NCBI GenBank assembly: GCA_013166835.1
Contig: JABLTI010000036.1
Coordinates: 1-39,748 of the forward strand
Direction: 5' to 3'
DNA: 39,748 bases
Origin: Promethearchaeati archaeon
GTDB taxonomy: Archaea > Asgardarchaeota > Heimdallarchaeia > JABLTI01
Positions 18,592 through 27,781 of this stretch are shown one piece after another. Made by a program: the position numbers and the translations under genes. Numbering within the stretch: the first letter of the stretch is position 1; every line of letters begins with the position of its first letter. The notes below the pieces were generated by a model. It was not told where the DNA came from. It saw only the letters and a program-made list of their open reading frames with translations, and did no database searches.

Positions 18592-19284
18592 TTACTTCAA
18601 AGATTGGGTATGAATACCACATTCTCCTCCGCACTTGCTTGTTCCAATCCACCGACCTTCTCGTTCGAGTGCATCATCACTTATTAGTGTTGTACAAGGT
18701 TCACAACCCAAGCTTCGATAACCTCTTGCATAAAAGGGATGAACAGGAATACTGTTAATAGCCATGTAACGCCAAATATCAAGTTCAGTCCAATTAAGAA
18801 TTGGATTTACTTTAATTAATCCACCTTTCTCCTCAATTTCTTTATAGTCCTTACGAGTTCTTCCTTCTGTATTCCTTAATCCACAAATCCATGCTTGTAA
18901 ACCCTTTACTGCTTCTTTAGTGGGTTCAACTTTTAAAATACGACAGCATTCGTTTGGATCAGTCTTTGGAAGATCTGGATCTACCAACTCTTTTGACATA
19001 TATTCAACTAAATTCAGATTGTAATGTTGAATCATTTTGTCTTTGTACTCAAAAGTTTCTTTCGGTTTAAAAGGAGTCATAACGGAAAAAATTCTGATAT
19101 CGGGTTTAATCTGTAGAGCCAAATGAACTACTACCATACTGTCCTTTCCAAAGCTACAAGCTACTTCTATTTTATCACCATATTCTTTAACAGCATCAGA
19201 AATGATTTGCTTAGAATGTTCTATCTTGTTAACTATTGTATTTTCTATAGGATTTTCTGGTGATTTATTTATAGTTAGATTCAT
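18592..19284 (-). CDS. cysH: APS/PAPS reductase (CysH family, Fe-S type)
   Basis: SFGKDS, ECCRILKVEP, GYRSLGCEPCT, EREGRW, C-terminal ECGIH. Confidence 0.9.
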   Translation of the reverse strand: MNLTINKSPENPIENTIVNKIEHSKQIISDAVKEYGDKIEVACSFGKDSMVVVHLALQIKPDIRIFSVMTPFKPKETFEYKDKMIQHYNLNLVEYMSKELVDPDLPKTDPNECCRILKVEPTKEAVKGLQAWICGLRNTEGRTRKDYKEIEEKGGLIKVNPILNWTELDIWRYMAINSIPVHPFYARGYRSLGCEPCTTLISDDALEREGRWIGTSKCGGECGIHTQSLK

Positions 19285-19430
19285 TGCCTAAACCTTACCT
19301 TTATTTTTTGAATTATTGTTTTGAAAATTTCGAGAGAATTTTCAGATGAGTCGTTCTAGAAAATTCTTGTCGACTATATAACAATTACTTCCTTTTACCG
19401 AAAGTGAGTAGAACTGTAGAGAAGAAGAAT

Positions 19431-19538
19431 TGGCGGGCGTGGCGCGATTCGAATTCGCGGAACGAGGAACACATCCTAAGTTCTCACGCGGCCACCTAGT
19501 TAAAAGCCAGGTGCTCTACCTAGCTGAGCTACACGCCC
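19431..19538 (-). tRNA. tRNA-Lys(TTT) with a 31-nt non-canonical intron at position 53/54 (intron 19454-19484), encoded CCA
   Basis: GGGCGTG/CACGCCC acceptor; CCTGG-CTTTTAA-CTAGG anticodon arm; removing the intron restores GCGTG-TTCGAAT-CGCGC; junctions form a BHB-type motif. Confidence 0.92.
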
Positions 19539-19689
19539 TACAGTATTTTTTACGTTATCTTTTCCTTTTTAAATTTGCTGTTTTGTTTCTTTTGTTGAGT
19601 TTTTTGTTCGAAAAGTCATATATCGAAGTCTTTTTTAATTTCAAAAAGGAAGATAAATCCGAATTTTAACTTTATGGAGATACTACAAC

Positions 19690-21357
19690 ATGAGTGACTC
19701 TGATGAACGTGAACTTGAGCTTCTCCTTCAGCAATTGAAGGAAAATACAGATATTGATCTTCGCAGTCATGCTGCTCAACAACTTGGTTTAAAGAAACAT
19801 AAATCTGATATTGTTGTTCCAGCATTAATTGAAGCTCTTAATGATGATAATTGGTTTGTACGTATTGAAGTAGCCACTGCTCTTGGTAAAATTGGTCGTG
19901 CTGCTGCTGTAGCCATCGGACCTTTGAAAGACACTATGAATGAACCGCGTAACAGACCAAAAAGAGGTATTTTCTATGAAGTGATTCAAACTTTGGAGAT
20001 CGCTAAAAGTGCTGAACCCGAAGTTGAACCAAGTGTGGTTGTTGAAGAGAAAAAGGAAGAAATTACTTTTGAGGAGAAGGTAGAAGAAGAAGTTGCTATT
20101 GTTGAGGAAAAACCCATAGAACCCGTTATAGAAGCTTCTGAAGAAGTTATTGAGGATGTTGTAGAGGAACCTCTTGTAAAAGAGAAAGTTGAATTAATTA
20201 CTGAGGAAATTGTCGAGGAATCAAAAATAGTTGATGAAGTAGTAGTGGAAGACAAACCTGAGGAAACTGTTGCAGAAGTTGTAGAAGAAATTGCTGAAGA
20301 GATTGCAGAGGAAGTCATAGAACTCGAACCAGAGGAAGACGAAGAAACAGAAATCACTGAGGAATACACTGTCGGTGAAGACATCACTGAAATTGTTAAA
20401 GATGTTGCTGAAGACATTACTGAGGATACTACAGATGACGAGATTATAGAGGAAGCTATCGAAGAGATCGCTGAAGAAGTTTTAGAAGATGTTCTCGAAG
20501 AAGAAGTTGGCGACACAGTCGATCATAACATCATTGATGATATTGCTGAGGAAATTACCGAAGAGGTTCTTGAAACTGAAGAAGAGGAAGTAGAAGAACC
20601 TGTTGAAACCATACAAGCTCCAGTGATTGAAGCTCCCGAAATAGAACTGGAAGAAGAAAAAAAAACGACTGAAGACGTAACAGATGCTGTTCCACTTGAT
20701 GAAGTTTTAGAGTTTGAAGAAGATAAAGAAAAAGTTGAGGAACAACCATCAACATTAGAACCCCCAACAGTGGAAGACATTAAAACAGTTAGAAGGTCTA
20801 AAGCTCTAATAAAAATCGTTATTGTTGGTGATGCAGCTGTAGGTAAGACTGCTTTACGAAAGAAATACTGTGATGTTTCTTATAGCGAAGAATACAAATA
20901 TGTTCTCGGAGCAGATTTTGCTACCAAACATTTCTCAAAGAATAATGAAGATTTTTCGTTACAGGTTTGGGATATTGCCGCTAAGGAGCGGTTCGATAAA
21001 AGTAAAGAACTTTTCTTCAAAAGCATTTTTGGAGCTTTATTAGTTTTTGATGTAACAAATAGAGAATCATTCAACAACATTCGATATTGGATTGAAGAAC
21101 TACGAAAAATCGAGAGTAAAGAACTTGCATTAGTTATCGTTGGAAATAAAACCGATTTACGCACTGATAAAGAATCTACTTATATTACCCGTGAAGAAGG
21201 GCAAGAACTTGCTTCAAAGCTGTCAGAAGAAATAGGTTTTGATGTTTCTTATGTTGAAGCTAGTGCTATTAATGGCACTGGTGTAGAGGTAGCTTTCAGA
21301 ATACTTGAAGAAAGAACAACAGATCAATTCTTTGTCGATGAGAGAAAAATGGAGTAA
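19690..21357 (+). CDS. HEAT-repeat / long acidic linker / Rab-like GTPase fusion protein
   Basis: N-terminal HEAT (VVPALIEALNDDNWFVRIEVATALG); about 260-aa Glu-rich linker; KIVIVGDAAVGKT, GADF, WDIA, NKTD, EASA. Confidence 0.88.
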   Translation: MSDSDERELELLLQQLKENTDIDLRSHAAQQLGLKKHKSDIVVPALIEALNDDNWFVRIEVATALGKIGRAAAVAIGPLKDTMNEPRNRPKRGIFYEVIQTLEIAKSAEPEVEPSVVVEEKKEEITFEEKVEEEVAIVEEKPIEPVIEASEEVIEDVVEEPLVKEKVELITEEIVEESKIVDEVVVEDKPEETVAEVVEEIAEEIAEEVIELEPEEDEETEITEEYTVGEDITEIVKDVAEDITEDTTDDEIIEEAIEEIAEEVLEDVLEEEVGDTVDHNIIDDIAEEITEEVLETEEEEVEEPVETIQAPVIEAPEIELEEEKKTTEDVTDAVPLDEVLEFEEDKEKVEEQPSTLEPPTVEDIKTVRRSKALIKIVIVGDAAVGKTALRKKYCDVSYSEEYKYVLGADFATKHFSKNNEDFSLQVWDIAAKERFDKSKELFFKSIFGALLVFDVTNRESFNNIRYWIEELRKIESKELALVIVGNKTDLRTDKESTYITREEGQELASKLSEEIGFDVSYVEASAINGTGVEVAFRILEERTTDQFFVDERKME

Positions 21358-21358
21358 T

Positions 21359-21655
21359 TTAAACTAAATTATCTCCAAAGCATTTTTTTATCAATTTAAA
21401 AATCTTATTTGCTAATTCCTCTGATCCTCCAGAGTCATCCCAAACACTAGTCGGAGCAAAAATCCCCCATAATTCAAAAACATCAATTTCCTTTTCTTGT
21501 TCTAATTTTGTAACTGTTTCGTTTAAGTAGACACCCAAATTTTCACAGGTGTCATACTCAGTTATAGTATATAGAGGACCCTTCGCAATCATTTCTTGTG
21601 CTGCTTGCTTCAGTAAGTCTATTAATTGCGGTATTTCTTGCTCAGTTTCTCGCAT
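21359..21655 (-). CDS. Hypothetical protein (98 aa)
   Basis: ATG start, globular-looking sequence with LWGIFAPTSVWDD motif. Confidence 0.65.
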   Translation of the reverse strand: MRETEQEIPQLIDLLKQAAQEMIAKGPLYTITEYDTCENLGVYLNETVTKLEQEKEIDVFELWGIFAPTSVWDDSGGSEELANKIFKLIKKCFGDNLV

Positions 21656-21893
21656 AGACTAATGATTAGATTTTCTATTTTTAAAAATTCTTGACTAAAA
21701 TTAAGCGAAAATTGCTTCCTTAGTAACAACTTGTGACCTCTTCTTGAGTCTTATTTTTGAGTCTCTAAAAAGTGAATCCGCTTTATATATGATTTAGGAG
21801 GTAGTATAATCAAGAACAAAACTCGGAGAAGAAAAAAAATGAACAGAACCAAACAAAAAATCGAACAAAAAATAAGAAAGGATTACGAACAAA

Positions 21894-21926
21894 CTAGAAT
21901 TAAATTCGCGCTCATCACTGGCGCAT
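21894..21926. repeat. Copy 1 of a 33-nt dispersed repeat with an internal hairpin
   Basis: ctagaattaaattcGCGCtcatcactgGCGCat; 29/33 identical to 22067-22099. Confidence 0.85.
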
Positions 21927-22065
21927 GAATAGCTGGTCAGAAAGACCCAGTCTGCTCTTATAAAGTGACCAAACATAAAGAATAACAAGAACAAAAAAAA
22001 TTGGTGAAAAAAAATTGAACAAAAAAGAACAAATCAAAAATCAAGTAAAGAAAGATAAAGATTTA

Positions 22066-22174
22066 GCTAGAATTAGATTCGCACTCATAACTGGTGCATA
22101 ATCGCCCTGATTCCCTGACAGGTGGGTGGTGGTTCAAGAGTCAACTCTTGAACACTTACGTTCTGGCTTTTTTT
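22066..22174 (+). ncRNA. Candidate structured ncRNA (about 100 nt, multi-arm junction) containing repeat copy 2
   Basis: GCTAGAA/TTCTGGC closing stem, GCAC/GTGC arm, CCTG/CAGG arm, 9-bp GTTCAAGAG/CTCTTGAAC arm, then T7. Confidence 0.45.
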
Positions 22175-22192
22175 ATGTACCACTAATTTTTA

Positions 22193-22699
22193 TTATGGAA
22201 TTTTGTATCCTATTTTCTCTGTTGCTTCTCTTCGTTCTATCTTCTGCTCAGAAGTCTCAATTTTGTCTACTAATGTTCCATCTATTACTCCTATTACTGC
22301 TTTTCCTAATTCTGTTTCTGCTATTATTACTTCCATTATATTCGCGGAAGCCACAAAAATAGTGCAAACTGCAGGATGATTCTTAATATGAGGTAGAACA
22401 TTAATTGGAAATGCATTTTCCATCATTATTACAAATACATGACTCGCCCCTATAGCTAAAGCATTCTCTGCTGCTAATTTTTCTAGCTCCGGATCATTTG
22501 CGGTTACTCGAGTTAGTTTCGGAACAGCTTCATTCATTGCAACCGCACATTTGATTCCCGGTACTGTTGTGAGCATTGTCATGAACAAATCATCTGTTGT
22601 AAATATCGAGAAATTTCCTTGCCCTATTATTATTTGATAATTTGTTTCTGGGTTCTTTATTTTCACACTCTTTGTTTTTACTGTCATTTCTTTCTCCAC
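22193..22699 (-). CDS. Adenosine-specific kinase family protein (DUF355/PAE2307-like)
   Basis: IIGQGNF, AMNEA, AIGASHVF, AFPINVL, ASAN, G.AVIGVIDG, ERR..IGYK; GTG start. Confidence 0.85.
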   Translation of the reverse strand: MEKEMTVKTKSVKIKNPETNYQIIIGQGNFSIFTTDDLFMTMLTTVPGIKCAVAMNEAVPKLTRVTANDPELEKLAAENALAIGASHVFVIMMENAFPINVLPHIKNHPAVCTIFVASANIMEVIIAETELGKAVIGVIDGTLVDKIETSEQKIERREATEKIGYKIP

Positions 22700-22829
22700 A
22701 ATACATTACTATGATTTATTAATTAAATAAACTCTTTTCAATTTTTCAGGTTATTTTTTTGTTTTTTATTAATAGGTATTTATATCATGACCCCGATATT
22801 TTAATTAAAATAATGGAAGTCTGTTCATC

Positions 22830-23279
22830 TTGTCTGATTTAAATAAACGAGAGTTTATTGCTCTACCTCTTGATTTATGCTTCTTTGATCGCAAAAGATT
22901 TGATAAGTTACGAACTGATACCCCTTTGGAAATTATTAGTTATAGGAAATATGACAACGGACTTATTCGCACCAATTTCATAACAAAGACTTTGGAGAAA
23001 GGCAAAGAAACTGATGAAAGAGAGCATTTACTTTGGATTCAGATAATTGATATTGACGGGAAAAAACATGTGATGTATCGTTGTGATTGCAAATATTTCG
23101 AGTACAGACAGCTCCGTCCCGCAAAAAGAATGTTTGACCTAGAAGAAATAAGTAATTCTCTTTGTGTTGTTATTCCTTCAAAGTCATATACAGAGCTAGA
23201 AAAGTTGTTTAATATTGATAAGCACGCTTTTCTTGCTCTAGAAGAGCTGTTTAATCATCATGTACAAATTTCAATATAA
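22830..23279 (+). CDS. Hypothetical protein with SWIM-like Zn finger
   Basis: YRCDCKYF...DKH(AF) resembles CxC..CxH; TTG start. Confidence 0.5.
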   Translation: MSDLNKREFIALPLDLCFFDRKRFDKLRTDTPLEIISYRKYDNGLIRTNFITKTLEKGKETDEREHLLWIQIIDIDGKKHVMYRCDCKYFEYRQLRPAKRMFDLEEISNSLCVVIPSKSYTELEKLFNIDKHAFLALEELFNHHVQISI

Positions 23280-23395
23280 ATATGTAAAAATTGGATAATA
23301 TGCATAAGAAGACAGTTTTATAAAATAGAATCACTAAATTAAAATGAATTAAGATTAATATCTTGTCTTAGAAAAGATCTGGATGTGTTGCATAT

Positions 23396-24139
23396 TTGAC
23401 AGAAGATATAGAACTAGAAGTAAAGAAATTGCGCATCTTAACTGCTAATAATGTATTGAATACTTATCCTTACCTCAGTGGAAAACTTAGAGGTGTCTAC
23501 AAAGTTTGTGTTACTGGTAGCTCTGGCAGTGGTAAGACTACTATGATTAGATGTTTTGATCCAGAAGCTCATGGTCGTGAAGTCCCCAGATACTTCTATG
23601 TTGATTATGAATTATTAAAGGAAAACCCAGATCTTTTTCCTGAATCCAATACTGCAACCCAGACTTTTGATTTCACCGTTGTTGCTTTACTGATCGGTGG
23701 AGAAGATAAAGCAGATATTATCAAATTCGGTGAGTTGACTGAAGAGATAATTGATGACAAAAAAGTGAAATGGGTCACTATCTTTTACTTATTTGGTACC
23801 CCAGGTCAGTGGCGTTTTAAAGATATTCGAGCTTTTGCTGAGAGAAGATCCGACGGGGTAATTTTCATAATTGATCCAATTGACCCAAAACTCAGGGAAA
23901 ATTTTGAGGATTTCAGAGAACAAGTCATAAAGAATGTCGAGAGAAAAGTTCCAATTATTTACGCGGTTAACAAACAGGATTTACCAAACGTTTTCACCTG
24001 TAAAGACTTACAAAAGGAATTGGATCTTACTGAAAAAGAATTATTTGATATGTCTGCATTGAAATGCCAAAATATATCTCGTCCTATTATTGCATTAATT
24101 AAGAAGATGCAAGAGGAAGAATTAGGTAAGAAAAGCTAG
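23396..24139 (+). CDS. MglA/CvnD-like small GTPase
   Basis: GSSGSGKTT, T.TFDF, LFGTPGQWRF, NKQD, SAL. Confidence 0.85.
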   Translation: MTEDIELEVKKLRILTANNVLNTYPYLSGKLRGVYKVCVTGSSGSGKTTMIRCFDPEAHGREVPRYFYVDYELLKENPDLFPESNTATQTFDFTVVALLIGGEDKADIIKFGELTEEIIDDKKVKWVTIFYLFGTPGQWRFKDIRAFAERRSDGVIFIIDPIDPKLRENFEDFREQVIKNVERKVPIIYAVNKQDLPNVFTCKDLQKELDLTEKELFDMSALKCQNISRPIIALIKKMQEEELGKKS

Positions 24140-24253
24140 GAAAAGAGTTTTTCCTAATTTCTTTTCGATTTTCATTATCCTTCAATTATGAATTAAAGCT
24201 TAATATAGTATGATGATATGTTTTATTGTAATGAATTATTTCTGAGGGATATT

Positions 24254-25853
24254 ATGTCGAAATCTCAAGTTGAAGCGGATAAAAATCCAGAAAAATCTTC
24301 TCTTGAGTCTACAAATGATGAAATCTCAACCGCTCATGATCTAGCAGTTGAAACAACCACTAGTTTAGTCAGTGGCTCAGCTTTGCTATTCCTTGCAAAT
24401 ATAGTCATTGTGATTGCTGGTTTTATTCTTGCAGCTATTCTAATACATAAAATGCCTGATTATATTTATGGAGCTTCAAGAACACTTCAAAGAATAATGG
24501 TTATAACGACAGTAATTGCCTTGAAGGGGATTGGAAACTCAATCATCATACATTTCTCTGGGAAAAATATTGGGAAAGAAAAAATAAGTGATATGATTAT
24601 TACCCAGAGTTGATGTTTTAGGTAATTTATCCATAGTTAAGCTGCTTTTTGGTTTATTATTTGTATTTCCCATGACCTTTTTAGTTTCTTCTTTAAACAG
24701 CTCTTTATTGGGATTAAAGAAGATTAAACAGAGTGTTGTGGCAATTGGCATTCAAAGTATCGGTAATTTACTATTTTCTACTCTTTTCGTCTATTTGGGT
24801 TTTGGTGTTTTTTCAGTTATTTTGGGGTTAGGATTTGGGAGTCTTCTTTCTGTTGTATATAGTTTACTGGTTAACAAAGAATATATTAGCTCTTTTTTCA
24901 GGAGAAAAAAAGTATTCCGAAATATTTTGCATTCATTTAAATCACTACGATTGATATTATCTTTTTCTTCACCAATTGTTTTAGCATCTATTGCTACACA
25001 ATTAATTGAAGGAGCGATAATCCTCATTATTTTAGGATTTTTCTTTGAAAACGGTCATCTTGCTTATATTCAGATTGCCTATTTCAATTATGTCTTTATG
25101 TTAATAATGGCTACCCGTATTCCACAAGACTCAATTGGACGAATGTTGCTTCCACATCTAAGAACACTTGAGTTAAAAGATGCAAGAAAAGAGCTTCAAA
25201 GAGCTATTAGGTTTATGATGCTATCAACTATTCCGATAAATGTTATTTTTGGTATCTTTACAGAAGAGATACAGAAACTTTTAGAACTTATTATTAGCAG
25301 TAGTAGTTTGTGGCTTGGAACATCAACAATTATTCCTCTACTACGTTTATTAATTATAGGCGGGCAAATTTCATCAGCTTATTACCTCTTAATGAACAGC
25401 AGTATATCTCTTAGAAAACCAATTATTTATGCCAAAACAGAATTCTTTGGATTAATAGCTTTATGTTGTTTTAGTTTCTTCTTTGTTCCTGGGTTTGGTA
25501 TTATTGGAATTGCTTTCGCATTTATAATAGCCTATTCAATAATGCTTCTATATGCGATTTTCAATATGCTGCGTAATGAAATTATTTCACTTCGAAGTGT
25601 AGGTGAGATTTTAAGTCTAAGCTTTATCACTTCTGTTGCTATTGCTATAGTTTATGTCATTCAATTCTTTGTTGGGATTGCTATTTACTGGAAAATAATT
25701 ATAGCCATTTGTTGTTTGGCTCTTAGTTTACTAATAATTCGATTAACAAAAGATGATTTTGTATTTGCCTTTGACTTAATCAAACGACTATTTGGAATAA
25801 GAAAAAAAGATCGATTTGGAAAACAAAACAAACTAAAAATCAAGAAAATTTGA
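24254..25853 (+). pseudogene. Oligosaccharide flippase (Wzx/MOP family), frameshifted near 24600
   Basis: Two ORFs in different frames (24254-24613; second frame open from 24597 to 25853) together resemble one multi-TM flippase (FSSPIVL, PGFGIIGIAFA). Confidence 0.75.
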
Positions 25854-25949
25854 TGTTCCGAGAAAAAGCAAAGATTTAAAAAAACAATTCAATTCTTTGT
25901 TCAAATCAGAGTTCTAATATAATAAAAAGAGATAAGACAACGGAGATTA

Positions 25950-26291
25950 ATGAAAATGGAATTTTGTGACGAATGTGGTTCACTGTTGGCACCAAAGAAA
26001 ATAAATGGGAAAGTAATTATGACTTGTCCAAAGTGTGGTGAAGGGAAAGAGCTTTCAAAAGGAAATCAAATGCAAAAAGAAGAGATTAAACAATCAGATC
26101 AAGAAAGTATGGTTGTAATTGAGAATCCTGATGAATTGAATACCATGCCAACAAAGAAAATGCGTTGTCCAAAGTGTGCTATTGTTGTAGATACGCAATA
26201 CTGGGCGGTTCAAACACGCAGTGGAGATGAAGCACCAACCAGGTTTTATCGTTGTATGAAGTGTAAACACACTTGGAGAGAATACGATTAA
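25950..26291 (+). CDS. tfs: Transcription factor S (TFS/RpoM)
   Basis: FCDECGSLL..CPKCG; CPKC..QTRSGDEAPTRFYRCMKCKHTWREYD with the DE acidic hairpin. Confidence 0.95.
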   Translation: MKMEFCDECGSLLAPKKINGKVIMTCPKCGEGKELSKGNQMQKEEIKQSDQESMVVIENPDELNTMPTKKMRCPKCAIVVDTQYWAVQTRSGDEAPTRFYRCMKCKHTWREYD

Positions 26292-26292
26292 T

Positions 26293-26883
26293 TTAAACAT
26301 TCATTTTTTCCGCTATTGCAATTAATCTCGCAACCCGCAAGGGTTCAGGTGTTCTACCAACAAGAGTGAGATCTTTTAATAATTGAGAAACCTCTTCATG
26401 TTTTAGACCGATAAATTGAGCATAAATTGGTTCATTATTTTCAGCAGAAATATACTCTCGAGGTAAACCATTTCTTTTGATAATTGTTAATTTCTTTTCT
26501 CCATCAGGCAATTTTCGTAATGCTTTGGATATTTTTTCCATATTTGGCATTCTATCAACTACAGAGATTATTGGTAAATCGGTTTTTTGATGTAACAGCT
26601 CTAAATCTATGTAATTAAATCCCGCTATTGTGACCCCCCTAGTCATTATTAATTTTAATTGCTGGTGATGAGAACTCTGTAGAATCATTTCAACAATTCT
26701 ATCTGTCGCATCAAATCCATCAACTGTGACTTGGCTTTTCAGAACCCCCTCTAAAAGGAGGGAACCACGATAAATTACACCGATTATCGGTACGTTTTTG
26801 TCTTTCTCCCGGTTAAAAGATGCACATGCCAATCCAATAATTTTTATTCCCTTTTTTAGTTGCGGATTCAAGCTTGTCACCAA
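26293..26883 (-). CDS. DUF99 family protein (endonuclease V-like fold)
   Basis: VTVDGFDAT, GVTIAGFNYID, PEPLRVARLIA. Confidence 0.85.
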   Translation of the reverse strand: MVTSLNPQLKKGIKIIGLACASFNREKDKNVPIIGVIYRGSLLLEGVLKSQVTVDGFDATDRIVEMILQSSHHQQLKLIMTRGVTIAGFNYIDLELLHQKTDLPIISVVDRMPNMEKISKALRKLPDGEKKLTIIKRNGLPREYISAENNEPIYAQFIGLKHEEVSQLLKDLTLVGRTPEPLRVARLIAIAEKMNV

Positions 26884-26903
26884 TAAAGAAAATTTCTCAA
26901 ATA

Positions 26904-27338
26904 TTATCTTTCTTTTATTCGTTCAATAATTTCCAACAGTAATTTTGTAAAAGCTTCAGTTATTATTTCTCTTTCTTTACTTCTTTTTTCAAAGGCTTCG
27001 CGATCGTATTCTTGAATTGAAGATTCAAGTATAACGACTAACTCATCAATAGTATATAATCCAGTTAAATATGAATGACCAATTAATGCTTCTGCCCCAT
27101 CCCCTACATCACCTGCTGTAGAACTTGATGGCATAAGAGCTCTGAGACCGGCACCCCGTACTGCTTCTGAAAGTGCTTTGTCATAGACTCTTTCACCCAC
27201 AGGTTTACCATAGGCTTTTGTTTTTGCTAACGAATAGATGAAATTTACTAATGCATCCCCAAACTTAGCTAAATTTCGGTTTCTCATTATATCTCTTAGT
27301 TTATGTTTTTCTTTCTCTTGGAATGCTGCTTTTTTCAT
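26904..27338 (-). CDS. Archaeal ribonuclease III-like (mini-III) protein
   Basis: LAKFGDALVNFIYSLA, G.RV.DK.L, GDGAEALIG. Confidence 0.85.
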   Translation of the reverse strand: MKKAAFQEKEKHKLRDIMRNRNLAKFGDALVNFIYSLAKTKAYGKPVGERVYDKALSEAVRGAGLRALMPSSSTAGDVGDGAEALIGHSYLTGLYTIDELVVILESSIQEYDREAFEKRSKEREIITEAFTKLLLEIIERIKER

Positions 27339-27434
27339 TAGACATCAACTTGAGCTCTACAACAAACTAGGTATTACTCTCTAAAAATAGTTCCTAGGAA
27401 AATTAGAACGAAAAATAAAAAGCTGGATTAATTT

Positions 27435-27725
27435 CTATTTGGTTTTTTCCAAGAGTTTATAGAAATCATCAACACTTTTTGTTAAATCTTTACAGGCAGT
27501 TCTTACCGCTTTGTCTATTTTTCTTTTAGGAGCAGCTTTTATAACTAGTTTTGCTTTGTTAACAAAAGGATGCTCTTTATAATATCCGGCTGAATCGACA
27601 TCTCGGGCATCGCAGAGAAACTCTCTTATTATGTTTGCAAATGTATGTCCTTCACCGAGTAACTCGAGAGTTATTTCCTTATCTTCATCGTATTCTAGGA
27701 TTTTAACTTTCATTTTTTGATTCAC
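27435..27725 (-). CDS. rpoL: DNA-directed RNA polymerase subunit Rpo11 (L)
   Basis: GEGHTFANII, AGYYKEHP; lies within the csl4 cluster. Confidence 0.92.
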   Translation of the reverse strand: MNQKMKVKILEYDEDKEITLELLGEGHTFANIIREFLCDARDVDSAGYYKEHPFVNKAKLVIKAAPKRKIDKAVRTACKDLTKSVDDFYKLLEKTK

Positions 27726-27781
27726 CAGTTTTTAAAAGTGTCTTGAGTCATTGAAATTCAATGCTGTTTTATTTCTTTCGG

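Noticed and set aside
19430-19669. 79-aa plus-strand ORF
   Set aside because: Overlaps tRNA-Lys antisense; no protein-like features
19986-20780. Ser/Thr-rich minus-strand ORFs (176, 85 and 70 aa)
   Set aside because: Antisense shadows of the GAA-rich acidic linker of the HEAT-Rab gene
21894-22099. Repeat pair as a mini CRISPR array or as dif/ORB sites
   Set aside because: Only two copies with a 140-nt gap, no cas genes, and no match to the 11-6-11 dif or ORB consensus
21794-22362. 66-aa and 78-aa Phe/Leu-rich ORFs
   Set aside because: Products of A/T-rich tracts or antisense overlap; no SD and no motifs
24611-24613. TGA as selenocysteine or readthrough in the flippase
   Set aside because: The downstream half is in a different frame, so readthrough would not join the two parts
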